Assembly: GCA_034717975.1 (NCBI GenBank)
Contig: JAYEMF010000030.1
Location: 1-21,103 of the forward strand
Direction: 5' to 3'
DNA: 21,103 bases
Origin: Campylobacterota bacterium
Lineage (GTDB): Bacteria; Campylobacterota; Campylobacteria; Campylobacterales; Sulfurimonadaceae
The notes beneath the pieces were generated by a model. It ran no database searches. It had not been told where the DNA came from and saw only the letters and a list, made by a program, of their open reading frames with translations. Numbering within the stretch: position 1 is the stretch's first letter; each line of letters starts with the position of its first letter. The translations under genes and the position numbers were made by a program. Of this stretch, positions 1 to 9,385 are shown piece by piece.

Positions 1-233
1 TATCGGATTATTTAAACTTCCAATTACTTACAAACAATCAAAATATTAACTATACTGACTTTACAATGGCGGCATTGACTCGCTTCGCTCTTTATCTATT
101 TTACTTTACTCATAAGAAATCATCCTTCTGGATAATTCTATAGGAGATATCCTAGTTCCCGTATTTATCTTCTCTATCTTAACTCCATTTATTATTACAA
201 CTTTTTTTAACGCTTCTCTGATTATAATGCATC

Positions 234-917
234 ATGCAAAATATGACTATTGACCCAAAAATTGATTCTTCATGGAAATCTGTATTGGCAGATGAGTTCC
301 AAAAACCCTATTTTTCAGAGTTAAAAGCCTTTTTAGTGAATGAAAAGTCTCAGTATACTGTTTATCCTTCAGGTGAAAATATCTTCAATGCTTTCAATAC
401 AACCCATTTTGATAAAGTAAAAGTTGTGATCATTGGTCAGGACCCTTACCATGGTCAAGGGCAGGCCCATGGATTGGCTTTTTCCGTTCAAGATAATGTG
501 AAGTTTCCCCCGTCACTTCTTAACATCTTTAAAGAATATTGTGATGATCTTGATCTTAGAATGCCTGCTAACGGTAATCTAAGTAAGTGGGCGGAGCAGG
601 GTGTATTTTTACTCAACACTGTTTTAACGGTCCGTGCCAATCAGGCACATTCTCATAAAGAGAGGGGATGGGAGACATTTACTGACTTTGTTATTCATAC
701 TATTAGTGAACGTAAAGAGCATATTGTTTTTATTTTATGGGGAAAACCGGCTCAGATGAAGGCTTCTTTGATAGACGAAAGGAGACATCTGATTCTTCGT
801 GCTCCACATCCGTCACCCTTATCGGCATATCGAGGTTTTTTTGGCTCTCACCCCTTTTCTAAGACTAATGCTTATCTTCGTTCACAAAATATTAATCCTA
901 TTGACTGGGAACTTTGA
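234..917 (+). CDS. ung: Uracil-DNA glycosylase (family 1)
   Basis: Motifs VVIIGQDPYH, AHGLAFS, PPSLLNI, GVFLLN, SHKERGWE and APHPSPLSA. Confidence 0.97.
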   Translation: MQNMTIDPKIDSSWKSVLADEFQKPYFSELKAFLVNEKSQYTVYPSGENIFNAFNTTHFDKVKVVIIGQDPYHGQGQAHGLAFSVQDNVKFPPSLLNIFKEYCDDLDLRMPANGNLSKWAEQGVFLLNTVLTVRANQAHSHKERGWETFTDFVIHTISERKEHIVFILWGKPAQMKASLIDERRHLILRAPHPSPLSAYRGFFGSHPFSKTNAYLRSQNINPIDWEL

Positions 918-1655
918 TTACATATGTTTTTTTACTAGTTTTAGAAACTGTTTTCGCTCTTTGATGAGTTGTTTGCACTCTTTACATGGATTTTGATTAC
1001 AGAATTGTTCCAACCAGTCAAGTTGGTTGGCAGCATCCTGAATCTCTCCAAAATGATCTTGTATCTGCTTACACTCTTCTATGCTTTTTTGTTTATTGCT
1101 AAGATCGCAACTATTTAAAAACTCCAGAGCATAACGTGAGATTTTGAATTTTATGCGGAGTTCATGTAGGGCTTCATTTGAGGTATTTTTAGGGAGGTTG
1201 TGAAATATTTCCAAGCTGGTTGAATGAAATTTTTCTGCTGAGTCAACAAGCTCTTTTTTCTTGTTTGGAAGATCTACAGTTTTTATTTCATCAAGCAGTT
1301 GATAGAGTTTTTTGATTGTAGTTTCACTAAATTCACTACTCCAAATTTCTTTGAAATGTTTTTTACGATATTTCCCTATTTTTTTGGAAAGTATAGGGTA
1401 ACTGATCGGGTCCAGTGAAGCAAGAAAGACATCAAGTTCCCGTAACTCGTTTGTTTTTTGGACAATCTCTTTCAATATCGCATTAAAAGCATAGGCATCA
1501 GGCTGAAAAAGTTTTAAAAGGGAGCGGCTACGACGAATTGCAACACGAAACTTATGAAGATACTCTATATCTTTATCAGGATCTATCTTTGGTGCATTTT
1601 TCAGAGCAGTTTCAAATTGAAATATGAGGTACTTTAGCAACGGTTCATTTTTCAT
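918..1655 (-). CDS. Stand-alone CHAD-domain protein (putative polyphosphate-binding)
   Basis: Two CHAD-type motifs, LHKFRVAIRRSRSLL...RELDVF and LHELRIKFKISRY...IQDHFGEIQD. Basic and all-helical in character. Confidence 0.88.
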   Translation of the reverse strand: MKNEPLLKYLIFQFETALKNAPKIDPDKDIEYLHKFRVAIRRSRSLLKLFQPDAYAFNAILKEIVQKTNELRELDVFLASLDPISYPILSKKIGKYRKKHFKEIWSSEFSETTIKKLYQLLDEIKTVDLPNKKKELVDSAEKFHSTSLEIFHNLPKNTSNEALHELRIKFKISRYALEFLNSCDLSNKQKSIEECKQIQDHFGEIQDAANQLDWLEQFCNQNPCKECKQLIKERKQFLKLVKKHM

Positions 1656-1669
1656 GCATCTATTATAGT

Positions 1670-2686
1670 CTATTTACATATAAAGGTGGCATAGATAGGT
1701 AGATGGTCTGAATAGCCTTCTCCCATATGGTGTTTGGGATATTTTTTACTTTTCTGCCAGCGAAAGATATAGCGTTTTTTAAAGAGGTAGTCTGGTGTAA
1801 AGTGATTAAAGCTGTTCTTTTTATATTCGATTCCTTTCTTGTCATTTAATCCTTTTGAAATAATCATCTGATCGAGGCCCTCTTTTTTTCCTCGAAAGAT
1901 ATAGCTCCAGCGAGCATCTTCAGGGAGCTCGTACCAGAGATTATAGTAGCAGCTTTTATGTGTGTCTTGAAGCTGTATTGGTGTTGTAGGCTTGTCATCA
2001 CAGAGGGTCTTCAATATATGATTGATACCGGTAATTCCCTTTGTATCATTATGTTTGCGCTTCTTTTTAAAAAGAATATATTCTTCGTAATGGCTGTTGA
2101 AATCTCCAAGAAGGACAATCTGTTTATCATGACCCAGGTTGTCGAGACGTTTTCGAAGTGCTTTGGCTGATACAATACGTCTACTCTCTGGACCGGACTT
2201 TGATTTCCAGTGGTTATTGAAAAGATAGAGTGACTCTCCATCGATATCGAGTCTCACCTCTAAGATAGCACGATATTTTCTATTGGCAGAGACGGGAACT
2301 TCTCTGGCATAAACGATTGGATATCTGGATAGCAGTGCATTCTTGACTGTTGTGTTCTTTCCTCCTGCGAAAGCATGGTACTTGAAATAGAGTCCCTGTC
2401 GTTTGATCTCTTTTTTGAGATCTTTGAGTGCGCTCAGGGATTCGATCTCTTGCAGTGCAATAACATCCGGCTCTATCTCAACAATGACTTTGGCAATGTT
2501 CTTGAGCTTCTTTTTGTAGTTTGTCGGGTTCCATCGCCATGAGCTGTTTGGAATGTATTCGAGATATTCACTACCATCATAATGCAGATCAAACAGGTTT
2601 TCGACGTTGTAGCTGGCAATCTTCACTCTCTCACCTCCTTGAAGCAGGTTTATTATTGTGGCGAGAATGATCAAAAAACGGATCAT
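1670..2686 (-). CDS. Exported endonuclease/exonuclease/phosphatase (EEP) family protein
   Basis: N-terminal signal-like segment. Motifs SYNVENLFD, LQEIE, NHWKSK, LGDFN and YSDHLP. Start overlaps the prlC stop (ATGA). Confidence 0.9.
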   Translation of the reverse strand: MIRFLIILATIINLLQGGERVKIASYNVENLFDLHYDGSEYLEYIPNSSWRWNPTNYKKKLKNIAKVIVEIEPDVIALQEIESLSALKDLKKEIKRQGLYFKYHAFAGGKNTTVKNALLSRYPIVYAREVPVSANRKYRAILEVRLDIDGESLYLFNNHWKSKSGPESRRIVSAKALRKRLDNLGHDKQIVLLGDFNSHYEEYILFKKKRKHNDTKGITGINHILKTLCDDKPTTPIQLQDTHKSCYYNLWYELPEDARWSYIFRGKKEGLDQMIISKGLNDKKGIEYKKNSFNHFTPDYLFKKRYIFRWQKSKKYPKHHMGEGYSDHLPIYATFICK

Positions 2687-4638
2687 GCGATGCCATTAAG
2701 CCTTAGCAGACTATCTGTCTGCGGTTCGCGACCAAGCAGTTGTTCAAAAAGTTCCCGCATGCTTTTACTGCCACCGCGATCGAGAACGATATTGAGGTAG
2801 TCGCGTCCCAACTGTGTGTCAAAGATCCCCTGATCTACAATGGCGAAAAAGGCATCGGCACTGAGCACTTCCGCCCACTTATAGCTGTAGTAGCCTGCGG
2901 CATAACCTCCGGCAAAGATGTGGGCAAATCCGTTTTGAAACTTATTGTAAGCGGGCGGTTTGATCAGTGCCGTCTCTTGACGGATAACATCGAGTAGCTG
3001 CTGAACTTCATCACCTTTATAGCTTCCCATGTGGAGTCTAAAGTCAAAAAGGGAAAACTCCAACTGGCGTAACATGCTCATGGCAGATTGAAAGTTTTTG
3101 GCACTGACCAGCCGGTCTATCATCAGGTCTGGAAGTACTTCATTTGTCTCATAATGTTTGGCAAAGAGTTTAAGTACCTGCGGTTCATAGGCAAAGTTTT
3201 CCAAAAACTGGGAAGGAAATTCGACGGCGTCCCACTCAACGCCATTGACACCGCTGACACCGTTCTCATTAACCGTACTAAGCATATGGTGAAGGGCATG
3301 GCCCATCTCATGAAAGAGGGTGACAACGTCATCATGACGCAGAAGAGAAGGAGAAGTTTCACTCGATGGTGCAAAGTTGCAGACGATGAAGGCTGATGCC
3401 AGCTGTTCATGGTCATTTTCATCTCTACAGTGACTCTGCCAGTTGTGCATCCAGGCACCTCCTCGCTTATCCGGACGGGCTTCCAGATCAAGATAGAGAC
3501 GTGCGCGAAGATGCTCATTCACATAGAGATCATACGCAGTGGCTTTATCATCCCATAAACCGGTATCTACCGGTCGAAAACTGACGCCGAAGAGGGAGTG
3601 TAAAAACTCAAAAAGCCCCTGAACAACCGAGTTTTGCTCAAAGTAGGGGCGGTACTCCTCTTCATCGATCTCATACTGCTCTTTTTTGAGGATCTCGCTG
3701 TAAAAGGCTGTATCAAAACTTTGCAGTTCTTTATCACTCATCGCACGAAGTGTAGCGAGCTCTTTGGAAGCCTGCGCTTTAGATGAGGCAGCCAGTTCTT
3801 CGAGAAATTCCAGAACTTTTTCAGGGGTATCAGCCATTTTCATTGCCAGAGAGTAGGCTGCATAGTTGTCAAATCCAATGAGTTGTGCCATCTCCTGTTT
3901 TAGGGCAAGTAATTCGTCGATTATGTTTCCATTCTCAGGTGCTCTGGTTGTGTAGGCTTTGTAGATCGCTTCACGGATCTCAGGATTCGGTCCATAGGTC
4001 ATGTAAGCGATATAAGAGGGCATCTGAAGCGTGAAACGGTATTTTACAGTACCATCTTCTTCAAACTTGGCACTCTCAAGATCACTTGCAGGAATACCTT
4101 TAACATCGGCTTCATTGTTGATGATGTACTCATAGCTGTTGGTGGCATTGAGAAGATTTTGCGAGAAGTCATTGGAGAGTTCGCTTTTTCGAAGATTGAT
4201 GGCTTTAAGGCGCTCTTTTGTCTTATGATCAAGATGGGCACCACTGAGCTCAAAGCTAAGCATATTGAGATCAATGACACGCTGCTGCTCACCATTCAAT
4301 GAATCATATTCACTTGTTTTAATAGCTTTGACAGCATTGTAGATCTCAAGATTCTGTCCTATCTCGGTACCGTAATCGCTCATCAGCGGAAGAGCCTCGC
4401 TGTACACTTTTTGTGACTGTTCAGAGTTTTTGACAGCATTGATGTGTGAGAGCGGTGTAAAAAGCTGATCGAGCTGTTCATCCAGCATCTCAAAGGGTTT
4501 GATGAAGTTTTGGTAGCTTTTATGCTCTATTTTCAAAAGTGCATCAATAGTCTTACGGTTATGATCAAGGGTTGTTGACAATGTGTCGATAAAAGTATCA
4601 AGATTCAGATCAAATGTTAAAAATGGGTTGGCAGACAT
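2683..4638 (-). CDS. prlC: M3 family metallopeptidase, oligopeptidase A
   Basis: LFHEMGHALH zinc motif, KRGGAWM, WDAVEFPSQFLE and HIFAGGYAAGYYSYKWAEVL; 651 aa. Confidence 0.93.
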   Translation of the reverse strand: MSANPFLTFDLNLDTFIDTLSTTLDHNRKTIDALLKIEHKSYQNFIKPFEMLDEQLDQLFTPLSHINAVKNSEQSQKVYSEALPLMSDYGTEIGQNLEIYNAVKAIKTSEYDSLNGEQQRVIDLNMLSFELSGAHLDHKTKERLKAINLRKSELSNDFSQNLLNATNSYEYIINNEADVKGIPASDLESAKFEEDGTVKYRFTLQMPSYIAYMTYGPNPEIREAIYKAYTTRAPENGNIIDELLALKQEMAQLIGFDNYAAYSLAMKMADTPEKVLEFLEELAASSKAQASKELATLRAMSDKELQSFDTAFYSEILKKEQYEIDEEEYRPYFEQNSVVQGLFEFLHSLFGVSFRPVDTGLWDDKATAYDLYVNEHLRARLYLDLEARPDKRGGAWMHNWQSHCRDENDHEQLASAFIVCNFAPSSETSPSLLRHDDVVTLFHEMGHALHHMLSTVNENGVSGVNGVEWDAVEFPSQFLENFAYEPQVLKLFAKHYETNEVLPDLMIDRLVSAKNFQSAMSMLRQLEFSLFDFRLHMGSYKGDEVQQLLDVIRQETALIKPPAYNKFQNGFAHIFAGGYAAGYYSYKWAEVLSADAFFAIVDQGIFDTQLGRDYLNIVLDRGGSKSMRELFEQLLGREPQTDSLLRLNGIA

Positions 4639-4749
4639 CGTACTCTCTTCTAGGTTTTTGGTATTGTAGTCAAAGCTTGCTTACACCGCAGGATAATGTA
4701 TCAACTTGTCATTTTTTTAAAGTATAATGCTGAAAATAGGAGAATTTTT

Positions 4750-5349
4750 ATGATTGCTTTGTGGAAAAAGTTGTTACGTTATATCTTTGTCGGAGGCCTT
4801 TCCCTGCTGCCTCTGGTCTTTGTGTTGATCGTTGTCAATTTTCTGAAAAATATTGGCGTAAGTGCCTATTTTAAACTCAACAACTACACTGACTCTTTTG
4901 GTGTGACACTGATTTTAGTTGTTGTGGTACTGGTACTTTTTGCTGTCATCGGTTACTCACTGGAGCGTTACGGAAAATCCTTAATCATTTCTGTACTGGA
5001 CCGTGTATTTGAGTATATCCCTGCTATTCGTACTGTCTACTCTGTCTCTAAAAAAGTGGCCAATATGTTTTCCGGACGAGATGAGAATGGAAAAAAAGAG
5101 GTTGTTTTGGTCGAATACCCAAAAGATGATGTCTGGGTACCGGCTTATGTATTGAACCGATATGAGGGGGTTAATGTCCTGTTTGTACCGACATCGCCAA
5201 ATCCGACAAGCGGTTATACCGTACTGGTGAAAGATGCCTTGGTGATCAGAACATCACTGACACTTGAAGAGGCATCTGCCTTTATTATCAGTATGGGTGC
5301 CGATTTTGCAAAAAAAGAGGAGATTGTCCAGAAGATCTCCGATAGTTAA
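4750..5349 (+). CDS. DUF502 family membrane protein
   Basis: Two N-terminal TM segments, IPAIRTVY, VLVEYP and FVPTSPNPTSG. Start moved from 4696 to ATG 4750, which follows an AGGAG SD and an upstream TATAAT. Confidence 0.88.
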   Translation: MIALWKKLLRYIFVGGLSLLPLVFVLIVVNFLKNIGVSAYFKLNNYTDSFGVTLILVVVVLVLFAVIGYSLERYGKSLIISVLDRVFEYIPAIRTVYSVSKKVANMFSGRDENGKKEVVLVEYPKDDVWVPAYVLNRYEGVNVLFVPTSPNPTSGYTVLVKDALVIRTSLTLEEASAFIISMGADFAKKEEIVQKISDS

Positions 5350-6434
5350 AGGTCTTCATCCCGTTTCAGTTCTATGGCTCCAAATTTATTGATAAGCACA
5401 TCATCATAATAGTCTGCTTGTTCCTTGAGACGTTTAAAGGCATGTTTCCCTTCATCCAGTGTCAAAGATGAATCAACGATCAGGTAGGAGAGATAGATCA
5501 CATTTTCGTTGATTGAAAACTGCAGGTAGGTGAGTTTTCCATTTTCTGCCAGCAGAAAATCATATAGTTCCTCGATCTTTTCCTGCGGGATACGGCAGAG
5601 TGCCGAATCACCGATAATTACCCCATTCTCATAGTAGTTGATGTCGATTTTTGCACTCCCTTCATCAAGACGCCAGTATCGCTGGTTTCGTCGTGCCAGG
5701 GTGACATCGATGTCGAGGGATTCCAGTACTTCCTCGAGCAGCGCAACGGTACCCAGTGGTGTGTAGCCTTCACGTCTGCGTTTTGCGATGTCGATCTTGA
5801 CACCGCATTTTGGACAGTAGTCATTTTCAATATCCGGCTCCCGTACGAGATTCTTGCAGGAGAAGCAGCGGATGATATCATCTTCTTCAAGTGCTTTAAA
5901 CGCAGCGATAGCCTCTTCGACATAGTAGTAAGGCAGAGCGAATCCGAGGTTTTGGGAGTTGAGGATGATGAAGGTGTTGACACCTATCACTTCGCCGGCT
6001 TCATTGAAGAGCGGACCGCCACTGTTGCCCGGGTTGATGGCGGCATCGATCTGGATATATTCAAGTTCTCCCTGCAGGCGAGCTGCTTTGGAAACGATCC
6101 CCTCCGTCACCGAGTAATTAAGCCCGTATGGATGGCCAACGGCGATGACGCTGTCACCATCTGTTATGGTGGTTGTAGAGAGGTGAAGCTGATTGGCGGT
6201 CTCCATAACCGGCAGACGGATAAAGGCCAGGTCATTGCTGGGGTCATCATAGATAACATGGGCTTTTGTACGTTTGAGCTTTTTGGCACTGATGACCACT
6301 TCGGCAAGGCCGTCGACAACATGGGAGTTGGTGATGATCAGGTTATCGATCACAAATCCGCTGCCGCTGCCATAAGGGGTTATGATCTGAATGATGTTAT
6401 CAATGTAGGTATCTAAAATATTTTGGGCACGCAT
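5346..6434 (-). CDS. Cytoplasmic trypsin-like (HtrA-type) serine protease with C4 zinc ribbon and C-terminal YbjN/T3SS-chaperone-like domain
   Basis: Catalytic triad contexts TNSHVV, NDLAFI and INPGNSGGPL. CFSC...CPKC zinc ribbon. No signal peptide or PDZ domain. C-terminal domain ends ADYYDDVLINKFG. Confidence 0.85.
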   Translation of the reverse strand: MRAQNILDTYIDNIIQIITPYGSGSGFVIDNLIITNSHVVDGLAEVVISAKKLKRTKAHVIYDDPSNDLAFIRLPVMETANQLHLSTTTITDGDSVIAVGHPYGLNYSVTEGIVSKAARLQGELEYIQIDAAINPGNSGGPLFNEAGEVIGVNTFIILNSQNLGFALPYYYVEEAIAAFKALEEDDIIRCFSCKNLVREPDIENDYCPKCGVKIDIAKRRREGYTPLGTVALLEEVLESLDIDVTLARRNQRYWRLDEGSAKIDINYYENGVIIGDSALCRIPQEKIEELYDFLLAENGKLTYLQFSINENVIYLSYLIVDSSLTLDEGKHAFKRLKEQADYYDDVLINKFGAIELKRDEDL

Positions 6435-6436
6435 AG

Positions 6437-7759
6437 TTATACCTCGGTGTAGTCCAGATGCTTCAACTGGAGGTAGAAGTCATGGCTGAACTGTTCAAGT
6501 GAATCAAAAGCAAGCGCTTCACCAAATGGTTCTAACTGTTTGAACTGCTGTTGATAGGGTGCAATGATTTTATCGATACGGCTGATGATCTGACGTTTTT
6601 CAAACTGCCCGGTCGAAGCGTGGTAAAGTGGTTTCAGATCCAAGGCTTCGAAATAGTCTGCGTGATGGACTTCGACGACAAGATGCAGGAGTGAACGCAA
6701 GGAAGGGTGCAGTCCGTAATTGTATAGGAGATAAAAAGCGATATAGCGGTAGATCGTCAAAATAACACGGCTGTAGCGGTTGTTTTTATACCAGCGTATT
6801 TTGCTGAGGGTCTCATCGATAAAGATGATGATCTCTTCATGCGTTGCACGCTCCATCGGTGAAAAAGTGACCGTAAGGTTATAGAGCTGAGGGGCAAACT
6901 CCTCATAACTTAGCTCATGCAGTGTTGTTACATAGTTTTGCAGTTCCGCATTTTTCCGCTCAACCGGTCTGTTGTCATCACTGAAGTATTCGGTGATATT
7001 ACGAACGATTTTCTGACCGATTTTTTTCTTCGGTACAGTGAGGTAGTCGACCTGAAGCAGCAGTGTCAGGTAGGTAAAAGCGACCATCCCGGCATTGTCA
7101 TCGCTGGGAAGCCGTTTTATGCTCTCCTGACAGGCTTTGGTCCACTCTTTTAAAAAGCGGTATTTGAGTTTTTTCTCATCCTCATCGATCGCTATAACAT
7201 GATGCGTATCGAGCAGCGCCTCATCACTGAACTCGCTGGCGATATACTCTTTCTCAAAGTCAGCATTTAGTGCGATCTCGCGCAGTGGGAAAAAGATCTT
7301 TTGCGGTGTCATGGTGGTGTTGTCAAGACGGATTTTGAGTTTGATGGTTCCCTCATCTGTAAAGAATCGGCAGTAGGTGAGCTGGTAGTTGCGTTCGAGC
7401 AGACGGCGTTTAATGGCTACATGAGTTTTGGCGGCATCGGCCATGAGGCATTCGGCTTCAATGCTCTTTTCGGTAATGATGCCACGGATATTTGCCGAAC
7501 CTTGCAGCAGTTCAAAACGAAGAGTATCTGTATCCTGGGTTAAGGTGATATTGTGGTTGGCCGTATCCGCGTTAAAGTTCTGAAGTGACCTGAGAAAGTG
7601 ACTATAACCCTCAATGATCTTCTCGTCTTCAAAGGCTTTTGCAGATGCTTCGAACAGTTCAGGCTCTTTGGGGTTGACGCTGGCATTGATACTGCGGCCG
7701 AACTGATAGCTTGTCGGCGTTTCATGGTCAAAAATGTGGTGAAACCAGTCCCGTATCAC
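6437..7759 (-). CDS. Hypothetical protein with N-terminal YbjN/chaperone-like domain and helical C-terminus
   Basis: 440-aa ORF. GTG start overlaps the upstream TGA. Residues about 80-178 align by eye with the protease C-terminal domain. Confidence 0.75.
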   Translation of the reverse strand: MIRDWFHHIFDHETPTSYQFGRSINASVNPKEPELFEASAKAFEDEKIIEGYSHFLRSLQNFNADTANHNITLTQDTDTLRFELLQGSANIRGIITEKSIEAECLMADAAKTHVAIKRRLLERNYQLTYCRFFTDEGTIKLKIRLDNTTMTPQKIFFPLREIALNADFEKEYIASEFSDEALLDTHHVIAIDEDEKKLKYRFLKEWTKACQESIKRLPSDDNAGMVAFTYLTLLLQVDYLTVPKKKIGQKIVRNITEYFSDDNRPVERKNAELQNYVTTLHELSYEEFAPQLYNLTVTFSPMERATHEEIIIFIDETLSKIRWYKNNRYSRVILTIYRYIAFYLLYNYGLHPSLRSLLHLVVEVHHADYFEALDLKPLYHASTGQFEKRQIISRIDKIIAPYQQQFKQLEPFGEALAFDSLEQFSHDFYLQLKHLDYTEV

Positions 7760-8289
7760 TTGGCTGCCCGCTCAGGAAAAGATTTGAGAAGGGCATTGAC
7801 CAGCTTCTGAACATAAGCTTCACGCTCGTGTGGAGTATCACTCTTTCTCAGATTATCGCTTGCCGTGCCGCGCCACAGAATTTTTTCATCTGAGGACGAG
7901 AGCATGTCAATAATCAGTGTGCCTTTGTCATGAAGCGGTTGACGCGATGCTCCGACGGAGGTGCCTGTATTGCCGGAGAAGCTGCCTACACCGAAGCCGA
8001 AACTGACATTGCTTGGTACATCACGTTCGACTTCTGTCCGGAAGCGGACACGAAAATCGGCATTCTCTTTTGCCGCGCTACGATAACCTTTTGCATTGAG
8101 ATTTGCTGTAATCGCTTTGATGATCCGCTCATCCTGGAGCGTATCGGGGCCCTTTTGCGTGGGATCCATAATGCTATAGGTATGCAGTCCGCCCAGTGAG
8201 ATGTCAGGATCGTAATCGGTGTTGACTTTGAGGGAGCTGCACCCGGTAAAGAGTAAGAGTGCGATCCAGAACGTAAGCAGTGATTTCAT
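7756..8289 (-). CDS. DUF4136 family lipoprotein
   Basis: Lipobox LFTGC, TDYDP, L..KGY...ADF, GTLIIDM...ILWRG and a C-terminal FP. Confidence 0.87.
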   Translation of the reverse strand: MKSLLTFWIALLLFTGCSSLKVNTDYDPDISLGGLHTYSIMDPTQKGPDTLQDERIIKAITANLNAKGYRSAAKENADFRVRFRTEVERDVPSNVSFGFGVGSFSGNTGTSVGASRQPLHDKGTLIIDMLSSSDEKILWRGTASDNLRKSDTPHEREAYVQKLVNALLKSFPERAAK

Positions 8290-8840
8290 TATTTCTTCCT
8301 TGATGCAGCTGAAGTGGCCGGGAATGTTTTGAGCAGTGAGCCGATAGCGTCATGAATATATTTTATACGCTCTTCGGGAGAGTCAAATGACTTGAGCCTG
8401 TCCGTAGCGATGCCCCGCCAAAAGATTTTATTTTCAGCCGGTTCAACAAAATCAATGATCAATTTCCCTTCATCATAGGTATAAGTACGGGTAGTAGGAA
8501 CCATCATCGCCGATCTGTAACCGTAGCGGTAGGGGTACATGCCTACATGCTGATAATCGGTATCGATCCTTGTTTTGTTTCTCACGTCGGTATGAAACAG
8601 CACCAGGTAATCGGCTTCTTCCCTCGAAACAGTGCGATAGCCCTTTGAGCGCAGATCACTGTTGATGGCTTCGATGATACGGTCATTGGCCAGGGTGTCA
8701 TCACCCGTTTTGTTCTTATGGATGACGGCATAGGTTTTGAGAGAATTGAAGCTGAACTCCGGATTGAAGTCCGTTTCGACGTTAATGGTTGAACATGCAG
8801 AGAGCAGAAGCATCAAAAAGATGGAGAAAAAATATTTCAT
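8289..8840 (-). CDS. DUF4136 family lipoprotein
   Basis: Lipobox LLSAC, TDFNP, LRSKGY...ADY, EGKLIIDF...IFWRG and LLKTFP. Stop overlaps the next start (TAATG). Confidence 0.87.
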   Translation of the reverse strand: MKYFFSIFLMLLLSACSTINVETDFNPEFSFNSLKTYAVIHKNKTGDDTLANDRIIEAINSDLRSKGYRTVSREEADYLVLFHTDVRNKTRIDTDYQHVGMYPYRYGYRSAMMVPTTRTYTYDEGKLIIDFVEPAENKIFWRGIATDRLKSFDSPEERIKYIHDAIGSLLKTFPATSAASRKK

Positions 8841-8945
8841 AAAAAATCCCTGTTTATCTGGGTCTATTATAGAAGAGAGATGCTAAAAGGGGGTTAAATC
8901 TGTGTAGGGTTGTATTCCCCGACCATTGGGCCGTGTATTAGTAAC

Positions 8946-8978
8946 AATCTATCGAGAGTTTCATCTCGATGATAGATT
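8946..8978 (-). terminator. Possible terminator hairpin after the 84-aa gene
   Basis: ATCGAGA-gtttca-TCTCGAT stem (8951-8970), with alternative AATCTATC/GATAGATT pairing. No clear U-tract. Confidence 0.3.
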
Positions 8979-9232
8979 TAAAACCATTTGATACCCCGTT
9001 GCTTGCAGCGGGGTAGTTCATTCGTTTCGAGGCACTTGCGTGTTTTGGACTGAAGTACACGTATCGCTTTATACTCTTTTTGGTATTCGGTCAGTTTTGA
9101 TTCGGAGGACTCCGTGTCGAGCAGGTTTTCCAGGACTGTCTGATAGGTTTGAAGTTCCTGATAGATCGCTTCGAGTTTGGTTTTTGAATCACTCTTTTTA
9201 AAACGTTTGTGCAGTTTTTTAAAAACTATCAT
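8978..9232 (-). CDS. Small hypothetical coiled-coil protein (84 aa)
   Basis: ATG at 9232 is preceded by an AGGAG SD and a TATACT -10 box (9258-9263). The longer 144-aa track version would overlap the divergent gene. Confidence 0.65.
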   Translation of the reverse strand: MIVFKKLHKRFKKSDSKTKLEAIYQELQTYQTVLENLLDTESSESKLTEYQKEYKAIRVLQSKTRKCLETNELPRCKQRGIKWF

Positions 9233-9385
9233 GACGGCTCCTGTTCCAAGGGGTAGAAGTATAGAACTTTTCTGTTGCGAAACGGTTACGAAAAAGCGTT
9301 TGAAACGTGCGATCCGGTAATAGAGCGGTAATGGTTTAAGCATAAAATTTTCAACGACAAAAGATGAATTAAAGAGCAGCACACC

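Noticed and set aside
3..143. Open + frame at the window start (…FTMAALTRFALYLFYFTHKKSSFWIIL*)
   Set aside because: Short, no recognisable family and truncated by the window edge. It cannot be distinguished from AT-rich intergenic sequence.
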